A stretch of 64,000 bases of DNA from Eledone cirrhosa. Taxonomy: Eukaryota. A program made the translations under genes and the position numbers. The notes beneath the pieces were generated by a model. The model ran no database searches. It was not told where the DNA came from and saw only the letters and a list, made by a program, of their open reading frames with translations. Location: positions 199,082,001 through 199,146,000 of the forward strand of contig OZ024743.1 of assembly GCA_964016885.1 (NCBI GenBank), given 5' to 3'. Below are positions 1 to 15,403 of this stretch, one piece after another (position 1 is the stretch's first letter; each line of letters opens with the position of its first letter).

Positions 1-185
1 TCTATTTTTCTAATTGCAAACATCAATATCTGTTTAATGATTTAAACAAAACAGAAGAATTATTAATAATCTCATATGGTAGTATGTATATATATATATA
101 TATATGCATGTATACAAACATAGGTACATTCATATTAACACATACATATTTATATATACAAACATACGTACATACATATATACAC

Positions 186-252
<67 letters not shown>

Positions 253-564
253 TACATATATGCATGCACACATATACATATTGTGTTTTTTCTTTGTTCA
301 ATTTAGAATAAACCCTTACTAGGGACATATTTAGCATAAATAATCAGTTTGTTAAGGACATATTTAGCCGACAAATGCAAAATTTTAAATTATTTGCAGA
401 AATAAATAAAATTATTTTAAAAGATTTGTTTCAAAATTAATTAGATACGTATTTTAACAAGAAAATATTTCTTCTGGTAAAACAAGGAATAAATATATTT
501 ATATATAAATGTGTATGTACATACACTCACAAACAAACTCATACGCTCATACACATGCACACAT

Positions 565-657
<93 letters not shown>

Positions 658-1113
658 ATCATAAATAACTCATATATAAGTATAAATAATATTATAAGCA
701 TATATATATATATATATATAAGCATATATAAGCATATATATATATATATATATATTTGTCTGTGTGCATCTGTGAGTTTTGTGTGTTATCAAAATGTTTT
801 CTTTTACTCAAAATTCCCACTGTACACCCTATACACCCTACAACAGCCAGCCACATGTACAAAGTCTTTCATCAGGCATTCAGCAAACACATGCATAAGT
901 TAACGTGTTTTATCCTTGTCATTAAGGTAAACAGATTGAACTTCCATCTCCAGACGTGCCATGCAGTGCACCAAACGTAAGATATGAGAAATTTAAGCAC
1001 AGACATTACAAACACTTTATTGTTACGTTGGATGTATATATATTTGTTTTAATATGAGATGAGATGATGATGTTTGTATGTGTATATACATATATGTATA
1101 TATATATATATAT

Positions 1114-1473
<360 letters not shown>

Positions 1474-1477
1474 TTTG

Positions 1478-2022
1478 TTTTGCCCATAAAACCTGTCCGG
1501 CGATTCTTTTCTGAGACATTCTAGCAGTTGTCCATAGTATCGGAGCTGTGATCGCTCAATTCAGAGAAGTTGCTGCTCTACCTCGAGTGACTCTCTCATG
1601 TCCGAGCTACGCACTGGATCGAGAAACGTTACTCTAAAGACTCTTCGGAGGAACCCCATTTCGGCCACTTGTATTCGCGATCGTATTCTTTCGGTCGTTA
1701 CCCACAAATTTCACTCACAAGTCTTGGATCGACACAAATCAAAAGTGACAGTGACTTCTTATTCTTCTTGAACTCCTACCAGAGTGTCCTACCAGAAACA
1801 ACTGTCTCCAAATGATCTGGATTGATCTTTAAGCAGAACCAACCGAGTTTATGGATGTTATCCAACCATCTCGCTTGTAGTCTTCCTTTGGGTCTCCTGT
1901 TGGTTGGCTTTGGCAATGAATTTTGTCTGGTGATTCTTGCTTAGACATTCGAACCCTATATCCGTAGTACCAGAGCCATGATCACTCAATACCGAGAAGT
2001 GGCTGCTCTACCTGGTGCAACT
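1478..2022 (-). mobile_element. RTE-clade LINE 3' ORF fragments (rearranged)
   Basis: Minus strand encodes RIAGQVLWAK and is homologous to 7171-7578; the segment is partly repeated at ~1860-2022. Confidence 0.65.
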
Positions 2023-5000
2023 CAATTTTCTATACAATAAAATCAAACACAAAACCATATGATTGGGAAGTGTACTTATTAACCACACAGATATTCATAT
2101 ACATTTAAGTGCTGCGTCCTTTAAATAGATTTAGTGTTCTACGTTCTGAACTAAACCAGGTTGCTAATTGGCTTGGTGAAGTCAATGCATCTTCTGCAGA
2201 CTTTGCACAAGATGCTTTGTTGTATATACAACTTTCTATGTTCCGAGTTCAAATCCTCCCGAGGTCAACTTTGCCTTTTTATTCTTCCGCAGTTGCTACA
2301 ATAAAGTTAAGCAGTACCAGTAATGCACTGTGGTCGATTTAATTGACTTCCCCCTTCCCCCAAAATGTGTTGGCATTTTGCATGAATCGGAAACCATTAC
2401 TTACTTTCCTCATCCCTCAAATTGCTGGCCTTGTGCTAATATTGGAAAGAAATAATTGGTTGGGTATAAGATAATTATAAGGAAGTGCTATCAAAGAACG
2501 GATGGTATTTTTTAACTTACAAAACACGAAAACAGTGAAACATTGCATTTTAAACATGTTTGTCTCTTTTACAGCTAAATACGTGCTATCAATTAAAGAA
2601 GAGAAAAAACTTATCTAAATAATTAATTTTCAACTTTTTCGCTAAAGACAAATAGGATTCAATTATAGTTTTTCCCTTTTAGTGAGAGTGTTGCAGTCTT
2701 TTTATTTGTATATTCATTTATTTTTATTTTATTACATCATCATCATCACAACCACCTAGCTTTTATTTTAACTAAATCAGTGTCTTAAAATAAATAAAAG
2801 TTTCACTGGAGATCCAAATCTATTTTTATTTCAAAAACTAAAGGTGATTGGTTAGTTTAAATATTTGATTGAAATGATTAGCCAACTCAAGTTTTAGCAA
2901 CTGGAATTTCAAGATTCCTTGTTGGATAAAAGGAATGCCTAAAACTGAAATCATTTCATGTACAACGGTTATTTGATTGGTAAAGTACTTCCTCTTGCTT
3001 TATTGAAGAATTATTATATTTGTGGTGTAATCAACAACTACTTCGGTAACAGCTCTTTTATTCATCATCATCGTCGTTAGCATGGGTATAACACTCACAG
3101 ACAAAACTATCATCAGCACATCATCATCATGATCATCATCATCATCATCATCATCACATCATCATCATCATAATCATCATCATCATGATCATCAGCATCA
3201 TGATCATGATCATGATCATCATCATCATCATGCTCATCATCATCATCGTCATCGTCATCGTCGTCACCGTCGTCGACATCGTCATCATAACCATTACCAT
3301 TGTCCTCATCTTTATATCGTCGCTATTAGTACCATCTTTATTAATATTGTCATAATTGCAATTCATCACAATATCTATTTTAATCATTCCCGCTACAAAG
3401 ATTATCACCATCATCATCTTTATCATCATCACTACCACACACAAATTGCCGAGCGAGAATGTCAGACGTTTTGCCGACATTGCTGTTGGGCACAAACAAC
3501 TTTTTGATATAAACAATTTTTAGATATAAATAGAAGGAAGTTTTGCAATGGTGTATCAGAAAAGTGTCTCTTAGCTTGAGACATTTGTCCAAGAACGAGT
3601 ATGGAGAAATATGACATACCACTGTCTTGCACATTGTGGATGTGTGGTCTATGAAACCATCAAACGAGAAACTTAAGGAAGCTCTTGATGGTGTATATAA
3701 AAGTATGTTGTTTATCAAGTGAGGCAAGGCATATGGAGATTTGCAGCAAATGTATGTTTTATACACTGAAAACTAGAGTATATACTCATCAGTATATCTA
3801 TACGAAAGAAATATAAGTAAAACGGAAAAAAATGGGACAAAAAGACGGGGAAAAAGCTGTATATTTAATTCCATGTGTGCGGTAAACTTTGTAGACTTAA
3901 AGTAAGATATGTTTTAGATAAGTTCATTGTTTGATTTATTTTTGTTTTCTTCTACTAGAAATAAATGAAGTCATACTATCTAATTATCTTCCCTTAAAAT
4001 ATATATATATAACCTTTTGTTTAAAGGGCTGATCTGTATTTTTAGTTAAGTGTTTCCTGTTTCTCTACGTTAACTTTATAAACATTCCCTTTACATTCCA
4101 TATCTTCGGTTGATAACGAAAATATCATTAATACAAAAGGTATAAAGTTAGTCTTTCTAGACATCTTTGTGTTGTTTTTTTTGCAAAATTGAAATTTGAT
4201 TATCACCATTATTATTTTTTATTTCATTATATTGTATTATATTTTACTATTATCATTATATATATATTTTTTTTTTTTTTTTTTTTTTATAAAATGCCTG
4301 TGTGTAACCAAAGAGATGACTCATCTTTTCTTTACGTTTAATTTTGGCAACGAAACTGGATAAGACAGCCACATTTTTAAACTAAATAAACATCTGTAAA
4401 ACAGCAGGAAATTTATCATTTATATGATATCCAGGTTAGTTTTTGTTGATTAACTCCAGGACATATCTGATTGTGCAAACCTTTGATCAAATTTATTTTA
4501 TTCACACATAGAATATCTAGGAGTACATTATCCCGTGTGCCCTTTCATTTTAAAGTCAGTAGGGTGTGATTTGAGGGAAATGTGTTGTTGGTGGGTTTTT
4601 TACGAGATGATGCAATCACATAGGTACTCCTTTGTTGGCTCATATCCAAATTAGTTTCTAATATAGATATAACAGAGTATCATATTGGGTAATATGAACT
4701 GAAGAATTGGATCTAGTGTTTTATCTCACACAGGAAGTTAGCAGAGAGAAGTAAACAATGATTGGGGTGAGGTTATGAAATGTGCTTTGAGATAATTGTA
4801 GCACTTTATTTAATGGATGGTTCCGTGTTACATCTATCATATCTTATTCTGTTATTTCTAAACTATTTTTGAATATGAATACATTTGTATACCATAGGGG
4901 AGATTTGCATTCTAAACATTTCAGGCAGGTCTATTCCAAAGAAAGATTTATGTTTTCTTTCTCTGAAGAACAGATGGCCCTTCCCAGATGATTAAGGTTG

Positions 5001-5170
5001 AAGGGGCTTCCTCAATGCATACAGTATAATTCATATTTGTGTATTTGTAAATCACCACTAGTGTTCTCAGACTGTGTTTTAATTTGTTTTAGAATATTAT
5101 AGATTATCAAAGCACCGGGCGTGTTTATAATTTTAAAATATGAGATTCCCAAATATAGACTATAACTGTA

Positions 5171-6187
5171 ATAATTATTTCTACTTTTGGCAAAAGGCCA
5201 GCAATTACCCCAGTGTATTACTGGTACTTTATTTTATCGACGCCATAAGGATGAAAGGCAAAGTTAACCTCGGCGGGATTTGAACTCAGACCGTAAAGGG
5301 CCGTAACTCTATGCTGCAAAGCATAGTATCCGATCCTCTACCAATACAGCCAATCCACCACTATGTAATAATTGTTTCTACTTTTGGCACAAGGCCAGCA
5401 ATTATCACAGTGCATAACTGGTACTTTATTTTATCGACCAAGTAAGGATGAAAGGCAAAGTTAACCTCGGCGGGATTTGAACTCAGATCATAAATGGCTG
5501 TAACTTTATGCTGCAAAGCATGGCGTCCGACCCTCTACCGATACTGCCAATTCACCTAATAATTGTTTCTACTTTTGGCACAAGGCCAGAAATTACCCAG
5601 TGCATAACTGGTACTTTATTTTATCGACCCCGTAAGGATGAAAGGCAAAGTTAACCTCGACGAGATTTGAACTCAGACCATAAAGGGACGTAACTCTTTG
5701 CTGCAAAGCATGGCGTCCAACCCTCTACCGATACTACCAATCCACCGCCCTAATAATGGTTTCTTATATAGGCACAAGGCCAGTAATTTGGGGGGAGGGG
5801 AAAATCGATTAAATCGACCCCAGTGCGTGACTGGTACTTTATTTTATCGACCCCATAAGGATGAAAGGCAAAGTTAACCTCGGCGGGATTTGAGCTCAGA
5901 TCATAGAGCCGTAACTCTATGCTGCAAAGCATGGCGTCCGACCCTCTACCGATACTGCCAATCCACCACCCTAATAATAACAGCTGAACAGTATAGATAA
6001 TTGTTTCTACTTTAGGCACAAGGCCAGAAAATACCCAGTGCATTACTGGTACTTTATTTTATCGACCCCCGTAAGGATGAAAGGCAAAGTTAACCTCGGC
6101 GGGATTTGAACTCAGATCGTAAAGGGACGTAATTATGCTGGAAAGCATGGCGTCTGACCCTCTACCGATACTGCCAATCCACCACCC
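5171..6187 (-). mobile_element. Five head-to-tail copies of a tRNA-derived Nin-domain-type SINE
   Basis: Units of ~190-220 bp start near 5171, 5368, 5558, 5751 and 5997. The minus strand has box A (TGGCAGTATCGG), box B (GAGTTCAAATCCC), core GCCTTTCATCCTTACGGGGTCGATAAAATAAAGTACC and an (ATT)n-like tail. Confidence 0.85.
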
Positions 6188-6989
6188 CGAATAGTATAGA
6201 TAATAGTTGAGGATATTGAGTAATTTACCCATATTTTTATATTTTGGGACATAATTATTGTTAGCTCAAACTTAGAAGTAGAAAAGCAGCAATGATGAAA
6301 TTTTGCACAATCTCCAAGCCAGGTGAGAAAGGTTTCTAGACCACAACTGATGGCATATTATAAAACAAGGAAGTTGGCACAAATAATCCGACAGAGTGGA
6401 ATCTTCTATAAGCACTAAATAATGTTGTGGTGTTAAACCAGTCAATAGGTTATGTCTACAAGAAGAAAGTTAACTAGTGAAACAAAACAAGGTGCTTTTA
6501 GGGAAATGATAAAATATATCTACATTATCACATACTCATCAAGAGATTAATTCATGTTCTACATCACCAACAACCCTTCCATCATCATCATCATCATCAC
6601 CTACTCCATCCCATCATCCCCATCACCATCATAATCACCAACATGATTATCATTCCCACCATCACCAGCACTAGCAACATCATCAACATCATCATCATCA
6701 TCATCATCCATTTTTACACCCGTTTTCCTTGCTGCCATGAGTTGAAAGGGTTGTCACATTCTGAGACAATGCCTATGTCATTCTCATATATTTCATTTTG
6801 GCATTGTTTACACAACTGAATGCTCTTCCAAACATCAACTGCTTTACATTATGTACTGGGTACATTTTACCATGGCACCTGCACTAACACTTTACAGAGT
6901 ACACTGGGTGCATTTTATTATGGCACCAGTACTACCACTTTATTTCCAAAAGATTTTTTATTGGTTCAATATTTGATTTTACCAAAAAA

Positions 6990-6990
<1 letters not shown>

Positions 6991-7020
<30 letters not shown>

Positions 7021-7578
7021 CTTCTTCTTCTTCTTCTTCTTCTTCTTCTTCTTCTTCTTCTTCTTCTTCTTCTTCTTCTTCTTCTTCTTCTTCTTCTTCT
7101 TCTTCTTCTTCTTCTTCTTCTTCTTCTTCTTCTTCTTCTTCTTCTTCTTCTTCTTCTTCTTCTTCTTCTTTGCCCACTTATTCCTGAGAGGTTCATGAAG
7201 GCAGAGATTTCAAATACTCCTTCCAGCATGTCCTGTCAGTAGCAACTGTCTCCACCTGATCTGGCTGGATCCCTGATTGTGACCAGCCAAGCTCAAAGAT
7301 GTTTTCCAACCATCTTGCTCTGGGTCTCTTGCCAGTTGGTTTTGCCCATAAAATCTGTCCAGCGATTCTTTCCTGAAACATTCTAACCACATGCCCACAG
7401 TATCAGAGCTGTGATCACTCAATTAGAAGAAGTAGAGCAGCTCTATCTGGAGTGACTCTCTGATCTCCAAACTACACCCTCTATCGAGTAACGTTACCCA
7501 AAGACTCTTCGGAGAAACACCATTTCAGCCGCTTGTATTCGCGATCATATTTTTTTGGTCATTACCCAAGATTCATGA
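6991..7578 (-). mobile_element. 5'-truncated RTE-clade LINE 3' end with (GAA)n tail
   Basis: ORF 7193-7390 (VRMFQERIAGQILWAKPTGKRPRARWLENI) is a typical RTE C-terminus. (CTT)n at 6991-7170 directly abuts the 3' end. Confidence 0.75.
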
Positions 7579-8597
7579 AACAGTAATATGGTGAGGAAAA
7601 AAAGAAAACAAAAAGAAAAAAACAAGAAACAATACTCTCAATTAAATCAACATCAGCCCAATATCGAGCTCTAATTTTGTTGACCCCTAGTGAGATATAA
7701 AATCAACCCAAACACCTACTGAACATAAAAAAAAACATCAACATCATATAAAGTAACTAGATATAGCTAGGGATTTATTTAGACTGAAAGTTCTGCAAAT
7801 TATTTTTTTTCCCTCTTTTGGCAATTGTTTGCCCTTCAAACTATAAATATTAAAATGTTAAATCAATGTAGTTCAATCTTTTGCACTCAATGAAAGAAAT
7901 GAAAATCGTGTATTTTTTTCAAATTCTAGTTGTACGTTGGAAACTAGCCTGTATATTTAGAAATAATGGACATGTATTTTTTAACTGTCTATAGCCCGAA
8001 ACGGTATATTATTAAAAATATAAAAAAAGCTTGTTTTATTATTTTTGTTTCCTTTTCATCTAATGCAAACCAAATAACATAGCTTTCTCAAGGACACAAC
8101 ATAATGACTTTGGCAGATTATTTTCTCCTTGGCTAAGGCATAGACATAACAGCATATTAATCTTGGTTGATTAATAGATTCTCATGAAAATATTTCAGAA
8201 TAAGTATATAATACATGTGCAATGTGATGAACCACCCTCATACCATACTGTGGATGTGTTACTCCTGATGGAGTTGTAAGGGTACCATAGTGATATGCAG
8301 CAACTCTGGGGTCATTTAAACCTAGCAAATCCAATCCCTTTCTATATCTAAACACAATTAAATGTCTTCCTGAGAGAGAACAAAAGAGAGAGAAAGTAAA
8401 ATGAGTGAGAAAGGGGCATAGAATCAATCCCAGTGCAGGTCTGGTCCTTTTTTAGCAACTTTGAAAGGATGAAATGTGAAATTAACTTCAGTGGAATTAG
8501 TTAGAGCTCATATTGCAGAAAGCTTGAATGAATGCGGCAAACTATTTTATCTGATATTCTAGCAATATTACTAATTCACCATCTATAAACCTCAGTC

Positions 8598-8892
8598 TGA
8601 GTCTATGTCTAAGTTTGTCTTGAGCCCAGAGGCTCATTAGGATGGTGCTTATCCCGGCTTCCATGGCATGAAGCAACTGAGAGTACAAGACTCCCCACTG
8701 GACAGGATGCCAGTCTACCACAGGGTTAAACTTCCAGCTATTGCTGGTACTCATTTGCAACTGAGTTTACTGGAGCAATGTGAAATGAAGTATTTTGCTT
8801 ATGAACACAACACACCACCCAGCCCAGGAATCAAACCCATAAAATTATGATCATAACTCCAACACATTTATCATTAGGCCACACGCCTCCAC
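8598..8892 (-). mobile_element. tRNA-head CORE/Meta-type SINE, tail variant 2
   Basis: Degenerate box A/B head and shared core (ATTTCACATTGCTCCAGT), followed by tail CCCTGTGGTAGACTGGCATCCTGTCCAG...GCTTCATGCCATGGAAGCCGGGATAAGC. Confidence 0.65.
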
Positions 8893-9760
8893 AGAAACCT
8901 CAGTACTGTGTTAAAATGTTGTCCCTATTTACTTAGAACTAATGGGAATTTTAGAGGAGAGATGATGGAGTAGATTAGGCTTTGGTGACTAAAAACACAG
9001 GGTCATTAGTTAAAATTCCACTCAAGCATTTTGTTTTGTTGTGTTTCTAAGGTTCATTACATAACAATGCCTGCTACATAGCCACAATAACACAAATACA
9101 TAATCTCTATACATACCAGAAAAACAAAATCGTACTTCCTCTACAAGATCAGGTACTGAGGTATTTATTACTGACAGATGGGTGTACCTTATGATGTCTT
9201 ATTTGCCTTTCCAGGAGCAGCTTTTCAATTAAAATAACTCTATAGTTGATGTTGCTGTTTGCTTGCAGTTGCTTACTCCCAGGTCCCTGCTGTTTGAGCC
9301 AGCTAATGATCAAACATGAGCTAAGCCTGGATACTCATGTCTATCATTCTTTCAGGCATCATGTAACTAATGCTACCTAAGCCTATTGCCTAATTCATCT
9401 ATATGTTCATCTATATCTTAACCCATTTATCTCTCTCGCAGAAAAACTGAAATGTTTTAGGACCAGATCCATTCCAATCAGCATTGCTTAAATTATTCAA
9501 AAATATCAATCAACTGATAATTTTAGTGTTATCTTCCTTGCTTCATGATTTTTCCAGAATTAAAACAAACCTAGAGACTGCTTTTGTCTCTCAATTTTTG
9601 GATAATCGCAGTTGACTGACGGTCTTCATCACATTATATTACATATGTATTTGAGGTTTATTGTTTTTTCAAGAGTAACACAACACAAATAATTTTCTAA
9701 GAATTGAACTTATGGACATATGGTCAGTAGTCAAGCACTTTAATATCTTCTGATGTGGTA

Positions 9761-10095
9761 GGGGGTAAAGACCCCCTTCAGTCACAAATGAACATGAGAT
9801 TTGCTCCTTGAAAGTTTGCCTCTGATGCACAAGTCCGGGCAAGGTTGTTTGTGGAAGACCTGCTGTCGCCCATGCTTACCAGCTTCTCCTATCCACGTCA
9901 CCTATGTTATCCAAGGAAAAGGCAATAGCTGATACAGTTTGATGATGTTGCAACTCATTTCTACAGCTGGGTAAATTGGAGCAATGTGAAATAAAGTATC
10001 TTGCTCAAGGATACAGCACATCACCCATTCCAAGAATCAAACTGACAACATTTTGCTTGCAAGCCCAATGCTCTAACCACTAAGCCATGCACCTT
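9761..10095 (-). mobile_element. tRNA-head CORE/Meta-type SINE, tail variant 3
   Basis: Head GAAGGTGCATGGCTTAGTGGTTAGAGCATTGGGCTTGCAA matches the 53256 copy; same core but a different tail ending GGGGGTCTTTACCCCTACC. Confidence 0.7.
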
Positions 10096-10820
10096 CTGTT
10101 GTTATACAGTAACAATAAGAACACAAATAAATGTGCTGTTTAGATATTAAACCCAGATAAAACTTGATAGAGTGGTTCTATAATCAGACCTTCTAACCAT
10201 GATCATTCTGTCTTTTCAAACAGTTTATATCAAACAACATAAACGAATAGGATCTCTCATTTTTATTTTACTAGAATGGGATATGACATTGGTTTGGTTG
10301 CTATTTCTAGCTGGTTGAGTGACCATATAGAAATTCTTTCATTAGCTTCAAGCATATTTGTTATAACATATCACATAACATAATTTGGCTTGAATATAAA
10401 TAAAGCTGAATGATTTCAGAAGCTAGAAGTATGAATGAAAATAACACCTTTCTCACCATTAAACATGGTGTGTTGGTGAGTACAAGAGAGGTGATAAATT
10501 TAGATTTCTATAACCATTATTTAAGACTCACCTTTCAGGGTGGTAATCAGTGAACTAAACGACTTTTTTTTAAACTGTACCCCTGGGAATCTAATCGTTA
10601 AGGCTCCCACAAGTCTATCATAGTATTGCATGTCATGAAATAGATTCAACAACTACCATAACATATTTCTAAAATATTCCTTCTGGGATTATATACAGCT
10701 ATCTTTTTACAAGCAATGTCTATATGTGTGAGTATGCATGTGTGTCTATGTACATATGTATATATATATATATATATACATATCACCATCATCATCTTTG
10801 TTTTTATATATAATGTTATA

Positions 10821-10857
<37 letters not shown>

Positions 10858-11612
10858 TAAGTATGTGTGTGTGTATATGTATGTGTATATATATATATAC
10901 ATATGTGTAAGTGTATATATGTATACATATATAAAATGTGGGTATACAAAAAATATATTGAATTGCTGATTAATAACTCCTCAATGTAAAGGAGCTAAGA
11001 TTTCTGAAAAGAGGGAGCTCACAAGCTATTATTATTGTTACAACAATTTAGATATTTTGTACAAAAAACACAGAACATTATAATCAGTTAGAATAATGAA
11101 ATATTACTTTTTATGGGCAGTATACAGTATATATATTTGCACACACACACATGGTGAACTAACTGCTGTGGTACTACTTCTACCAAACTCGTCCCATGGA
11201 CTGAGTGCTCTACCACTACGGATATTACCTTCCAGTGATATATATACATACATATATATATATATACACAAACATATATATATATGTATATGGTATGGTC
11301 CCGTAACTCCTGATCGAATCGTATAGGTGTCATATTGACATACGGCATTTCTTGGGCATCTTAAGCTTGACAGAGCCCATTCCTCTCCACACCTGAGCAC
11401 GGCAGATTTCTTCCAGAGAAGGAGAGAGAGTGACATAGAGGAAATGATAAATAAATATAGAGGAAGAATCGATCCAGTACTAGACTGGTACTTTTTTTCA
11501 ACCTTGAAAATATGAAAGGCAAAGAGAGCAGAGACGAAACAAATATCATAAAGCATTCTATCCGACATTCTAATGACTCTGCCAATTCTATATATATATA
11601 TATATGCTTAGA

Positions 11613-11659
<47 letters not shown>

Positions 11660-11729
11660 CTCTACGGTTCTTATATATTTGATATATATTTATCCTTATC
11701 GAGCCCTCTTTGGATTTTAGTCTTCAAAT

Positions 11730-11775
<46 letters not shown>

Positions 11776-12306
11776 TCTAAGCATGAAACTAATACGTCCT
11801 TATGTTATTGCATCCTCTTGTTTGTTTGGTTTTTCTTTCCTTGATTTTTATATATATCATATTAATTAATTATCACAACTGTATTTTTGCCCCTTTTGCT
11901 AATTTTTTCATTCCAGCTCTAATCTAAACATCTCTTTCCATATGCTACCCACTCACCAAATCCATTAGTTCCCTTCCTTTAAACACCATACACAACCATT
12001 TCTTCCAAATCACTCTGTTACCATTTTTATCTTCATATCTTCCACCCAATGTTTAATCTTCAATAACTTTATTATTCTAACTCCATATCTGTTCTCCATA
12101 AGAATCCGTCTCAGTGCCCTGGGGAGTATATTTTATATGGCTTCCTGTTGTTTCTTTCCAAAAGTCCAAGATTCTTATGGGAAGAATACAATGTTATTCA
12201 GGAATTTTATACCTTTCTACATACACACTGTTTAACTTAGCAATGTAAGTGAAGAAATATATCTACAATTTGATGAAAATCAAATTGAAGAATCAACTAT
12301 CATGGG

Positions 12307-12577
12307 CAGCATTTTCCAATCTGAGTTCTGTAGAAAGCTCTTGGGGTCCATATGGGCAGTGTTGGGGAGCTGTGAGCTAAGTTCAAAATTTCAAGTACTT
12401 TCTTACACAAATATATGAACACATTATTGAGAATCCACTCTTCTCTAATTATAAACATTTCTCTGTTTCATCTGTTATTCTTACCATATGGGAGGGAGAA
12501 ATTTTAGCAAAGGTTCCGTGGGAAAATTCCTTAAAACCAAAAGAGTCCTTAGTAGTGAAAACTTTGGGAAACATTTA
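12307..12577. mobile_element. Degenerate hAT-like MITE
   Basis: Decayed CAG..TTTTCCAA / TTGGGAAACA termini. The right end (GAAAATTCCTT...CTTAGTAGTGAAAA) is shared with 37159-37432. Confidence 0.45.
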
Positions 12578-12815
12578 TCTATGGTTTTGCCTCCTCTGTT
12601 ATAGTTTTTAAGGAGTCAAGAAAGGAACCTCTCCGTGTTCATCTGTCCTGCTAAACATAGCAACACAATCACCCTTAAATTACACTTTACCATATAAATA
12701 AAAGAAAATTTACATTAGTTAATGTAATCCTAGATATAATTTCTCTAAGAAGAAATCAAAAACATCTTTTATCAAAGGTATGTTTGATCAAGGCTAACCA
12801 AGGGCTAAACAGAAA

Positions 12816-13030
12816 TAATGGTTTCTACTATAGGCACAAGGCCCACAATTTGGGGGGAGGGGAAAGTCGATTAAATTGACCCCAGTATGTTATTGGTACG
12901 TTGTTTTATCGATCCAGTAAGGATGAAAGGCAAAGAGCTAACCTCAGCAGGATTTGAACTCAGAATGTAAATGGCTATAGCTCTTTGCCACGAAGCAGGG
13001 TATCCGACACTCTACCGATACTGCCAATCT
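12816..13030 (-). mobile_element. Nin-domain-type SINE
   Basis: Same head, core and tail as the copies at 5171-6187. Confidence 0.8.
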
Positions 13031-14392
13031 AATTTTTGTCATTGTACAAGTGGTCACTTCCATTTATATTAAGTGGAGTATTTTTTTTATTGATATTTGT
13101 ATTATCTACTTTACAAATTTTAGAGACAAAATAGACTTAGGGGGAATTTGATCTCAGAACAACATATTTTGTAAAACAGTCTATCAATTCTGTCTCATAC
13201 CCCACTGCCTAGACATGCTCTATCTAAACATCAACAACAACAATAAAATATAAATGACAATGTTTTAATCTATAATGAGAAAATTTCATAGAGGTGAGTC
13301 ACAGCAATTGAACTTGGCACCTGTATATTTACTGTACTTTTATAGATCTTAGGTGAATGAATCATCAAACTGTTGATTTCAATTTAGAACAGAAAGAAAT
13401 TACACTGAATACTATTATATTCTTTAGATTATCTTTCTTATGTCTGAAGTATTGAAAGAAATTTTCAGTTTATAAATATGTTAATTAGAGGGTAATTAAT
13501 ATGTGACTTATTGCCTCGTTTGTATACTCTTGGAAATGTTAAACCTTTAAGATTTGTTTACAAACCACACAAAAGAAATTACCAGTTTTTTCATGGTTGT
13601 AATTGTCTACAAGAATGCTCACAAACCCCAAAAGATCAACACTTTTCTCGGCTTTCACAATTTTAAGCAGAAAAGAAATAAAGATCCATTAAATAAGATT
13701 TCTGATCCATCTCAAATAATATTCAAAAATACCTGATAACTATTTGCAAGAGCTAGGTAAAAGGAAACTTGATAAAGGATCTACTATTTGTTTTAACTTT
13801 TTTAAACCAAACCACTTGAAAACTATTATAAAAACATATTTATCTAAACACCTTCCATCATAAATTTAGGCTGAAAAGTGAAATGGACCTCTTTTTTGAC
13901 AATAAGTATGCCACTTTTTCAATCAATGGAACGGCCTGCTCCATAAATTTTCATGTAAGGCCCTAACCATTCCACAAATACATGTATGCATAGCATAATA
14001 CACAAGGAGGTTTAGTGTGATACAGTCACATGTACAATCCATCTCACAGACCTCCAAACAGGTTCTGTCCACTCAATTTCACTCACAATGTCTAGTTCAA
14101 CAGAGTGCTATGGAACATGACCCTTACACAAGATGCTAAACAGTGGGATCAGGCCTGTCACCTAATAATTGGGAATAAACTCCTAAACATTTTGGTCATG
14201 CTGTATCCACTAATCTATGTAAAAATGTTTATTAAATAATGTTCCAAACATCAGCTTAATAACAAAAAAGTTAGTTGTTTTACTAAATCTTTACAAATTC
14301 AATGTTATTTTCAAAATCATATGAAAATCATAGACAGTGCCTTTCGTTAAAAGTATAGCAATGAAAGTATTCATTATTTGACACACTAAGAG

Positions 14393-14610
14393 TGGTGGAT
14401 TGGCATTATCGGTAGAGGGTCGGACGCCATGCTTTGCAGCATAAAATTACGGCCCTTTATGATCTGAGTTCAACTCCCGCCGAGGTTAACTTTGCCTTTC
14501 ATCCTTACGAGGTTGATAAAATAAAGTACCAATCACGCACTGGGGTCGAGTCAATCAACTTTCCTCTAACCCAAAATTGCTGGCCTTGTGCCTATATAAC
14601 AAACCATTAT
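14393..14610 (+). mobile_element. Nin-domain-type SINE
   Basis: GGTGGATTGGCATTATCGGTAGAG head, GAGTTCAACTCCC box B, Nin-type core. Confidence 0.8.
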
Positions 14611-15368
14611 TTGACACACTGAACCAGATGCAGTAGATTTGAACTCAAGATCTTTGAGCTGGTAGTCAAATATCTCAACCACTTAGCCAATCAGATTTTA
14701 GCCATTCAGCCCTCAGCCTTTATAGGGAATCAATAGAGAAAAACAGTCATGTAAGACTTTATTTAGTAAACAATAAATTAGGGCAATGAAAACTTGTGTA
14801 ACTAAGATGACATTTATTTCCTTAACCAGAACCAATACAGATTTATTTTGTATTTCATTTTCTTTTGTAGAAGAATTGTTTTTATCTTAATTTTGATTTT
14901 GGTTTTGGTTTTATTTTATCACTTTGCCTAAAGCTCTCAGAAGTGACCTTTTATCATTTACACAACCATTAATATCTATAGCCTGCAGTATAATATCCAA
15001 GTAGCTATTGAATGTTTTTTTTTATAGCTGTAATCAATGTCAAAAAATGTTATTGTTCATATGATCTTTTGTGTGAAAGAAAAACGACAGAACTAATAGA
15101 AGAAAGTTTTCAAGGAATTTTTAGTCGAGTTACCAGAAGGAATACATAAAAACGAAAATGTAACAAACATGAAAAATATATATATATATATATATACATA
15201 TACACACACAAGTGTAAAATTATTAGCAAGCAACAACAGCAGCGACAACATCAATGACAATAAAAATAAAGATAAAAATAACAACAACAATAGCAACAAC
15301 AAAAATAATGCATATTATTATTACTTTTATTATTATCATCATCATTATCATTACCGTCATCTGCAATC

Positions 15369-15403
<35 letters not shown>

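Noticed and set aside
3380-3766. 128-codon minus-strand ORF preceded by a TTTTCAG acceptor-like site
   Set aside because: No recognisable domain, and it runs into a trinucleotide repeat; it could be a non-coding or UTR exon but is unsupported without RNA data.
11320-11380. Minus-strand CTTAAGA...GAAA with TGTCA/TGACA flanks resembling a hammerhead
   Set aside because: The core is mutated and stems II and III do not form.
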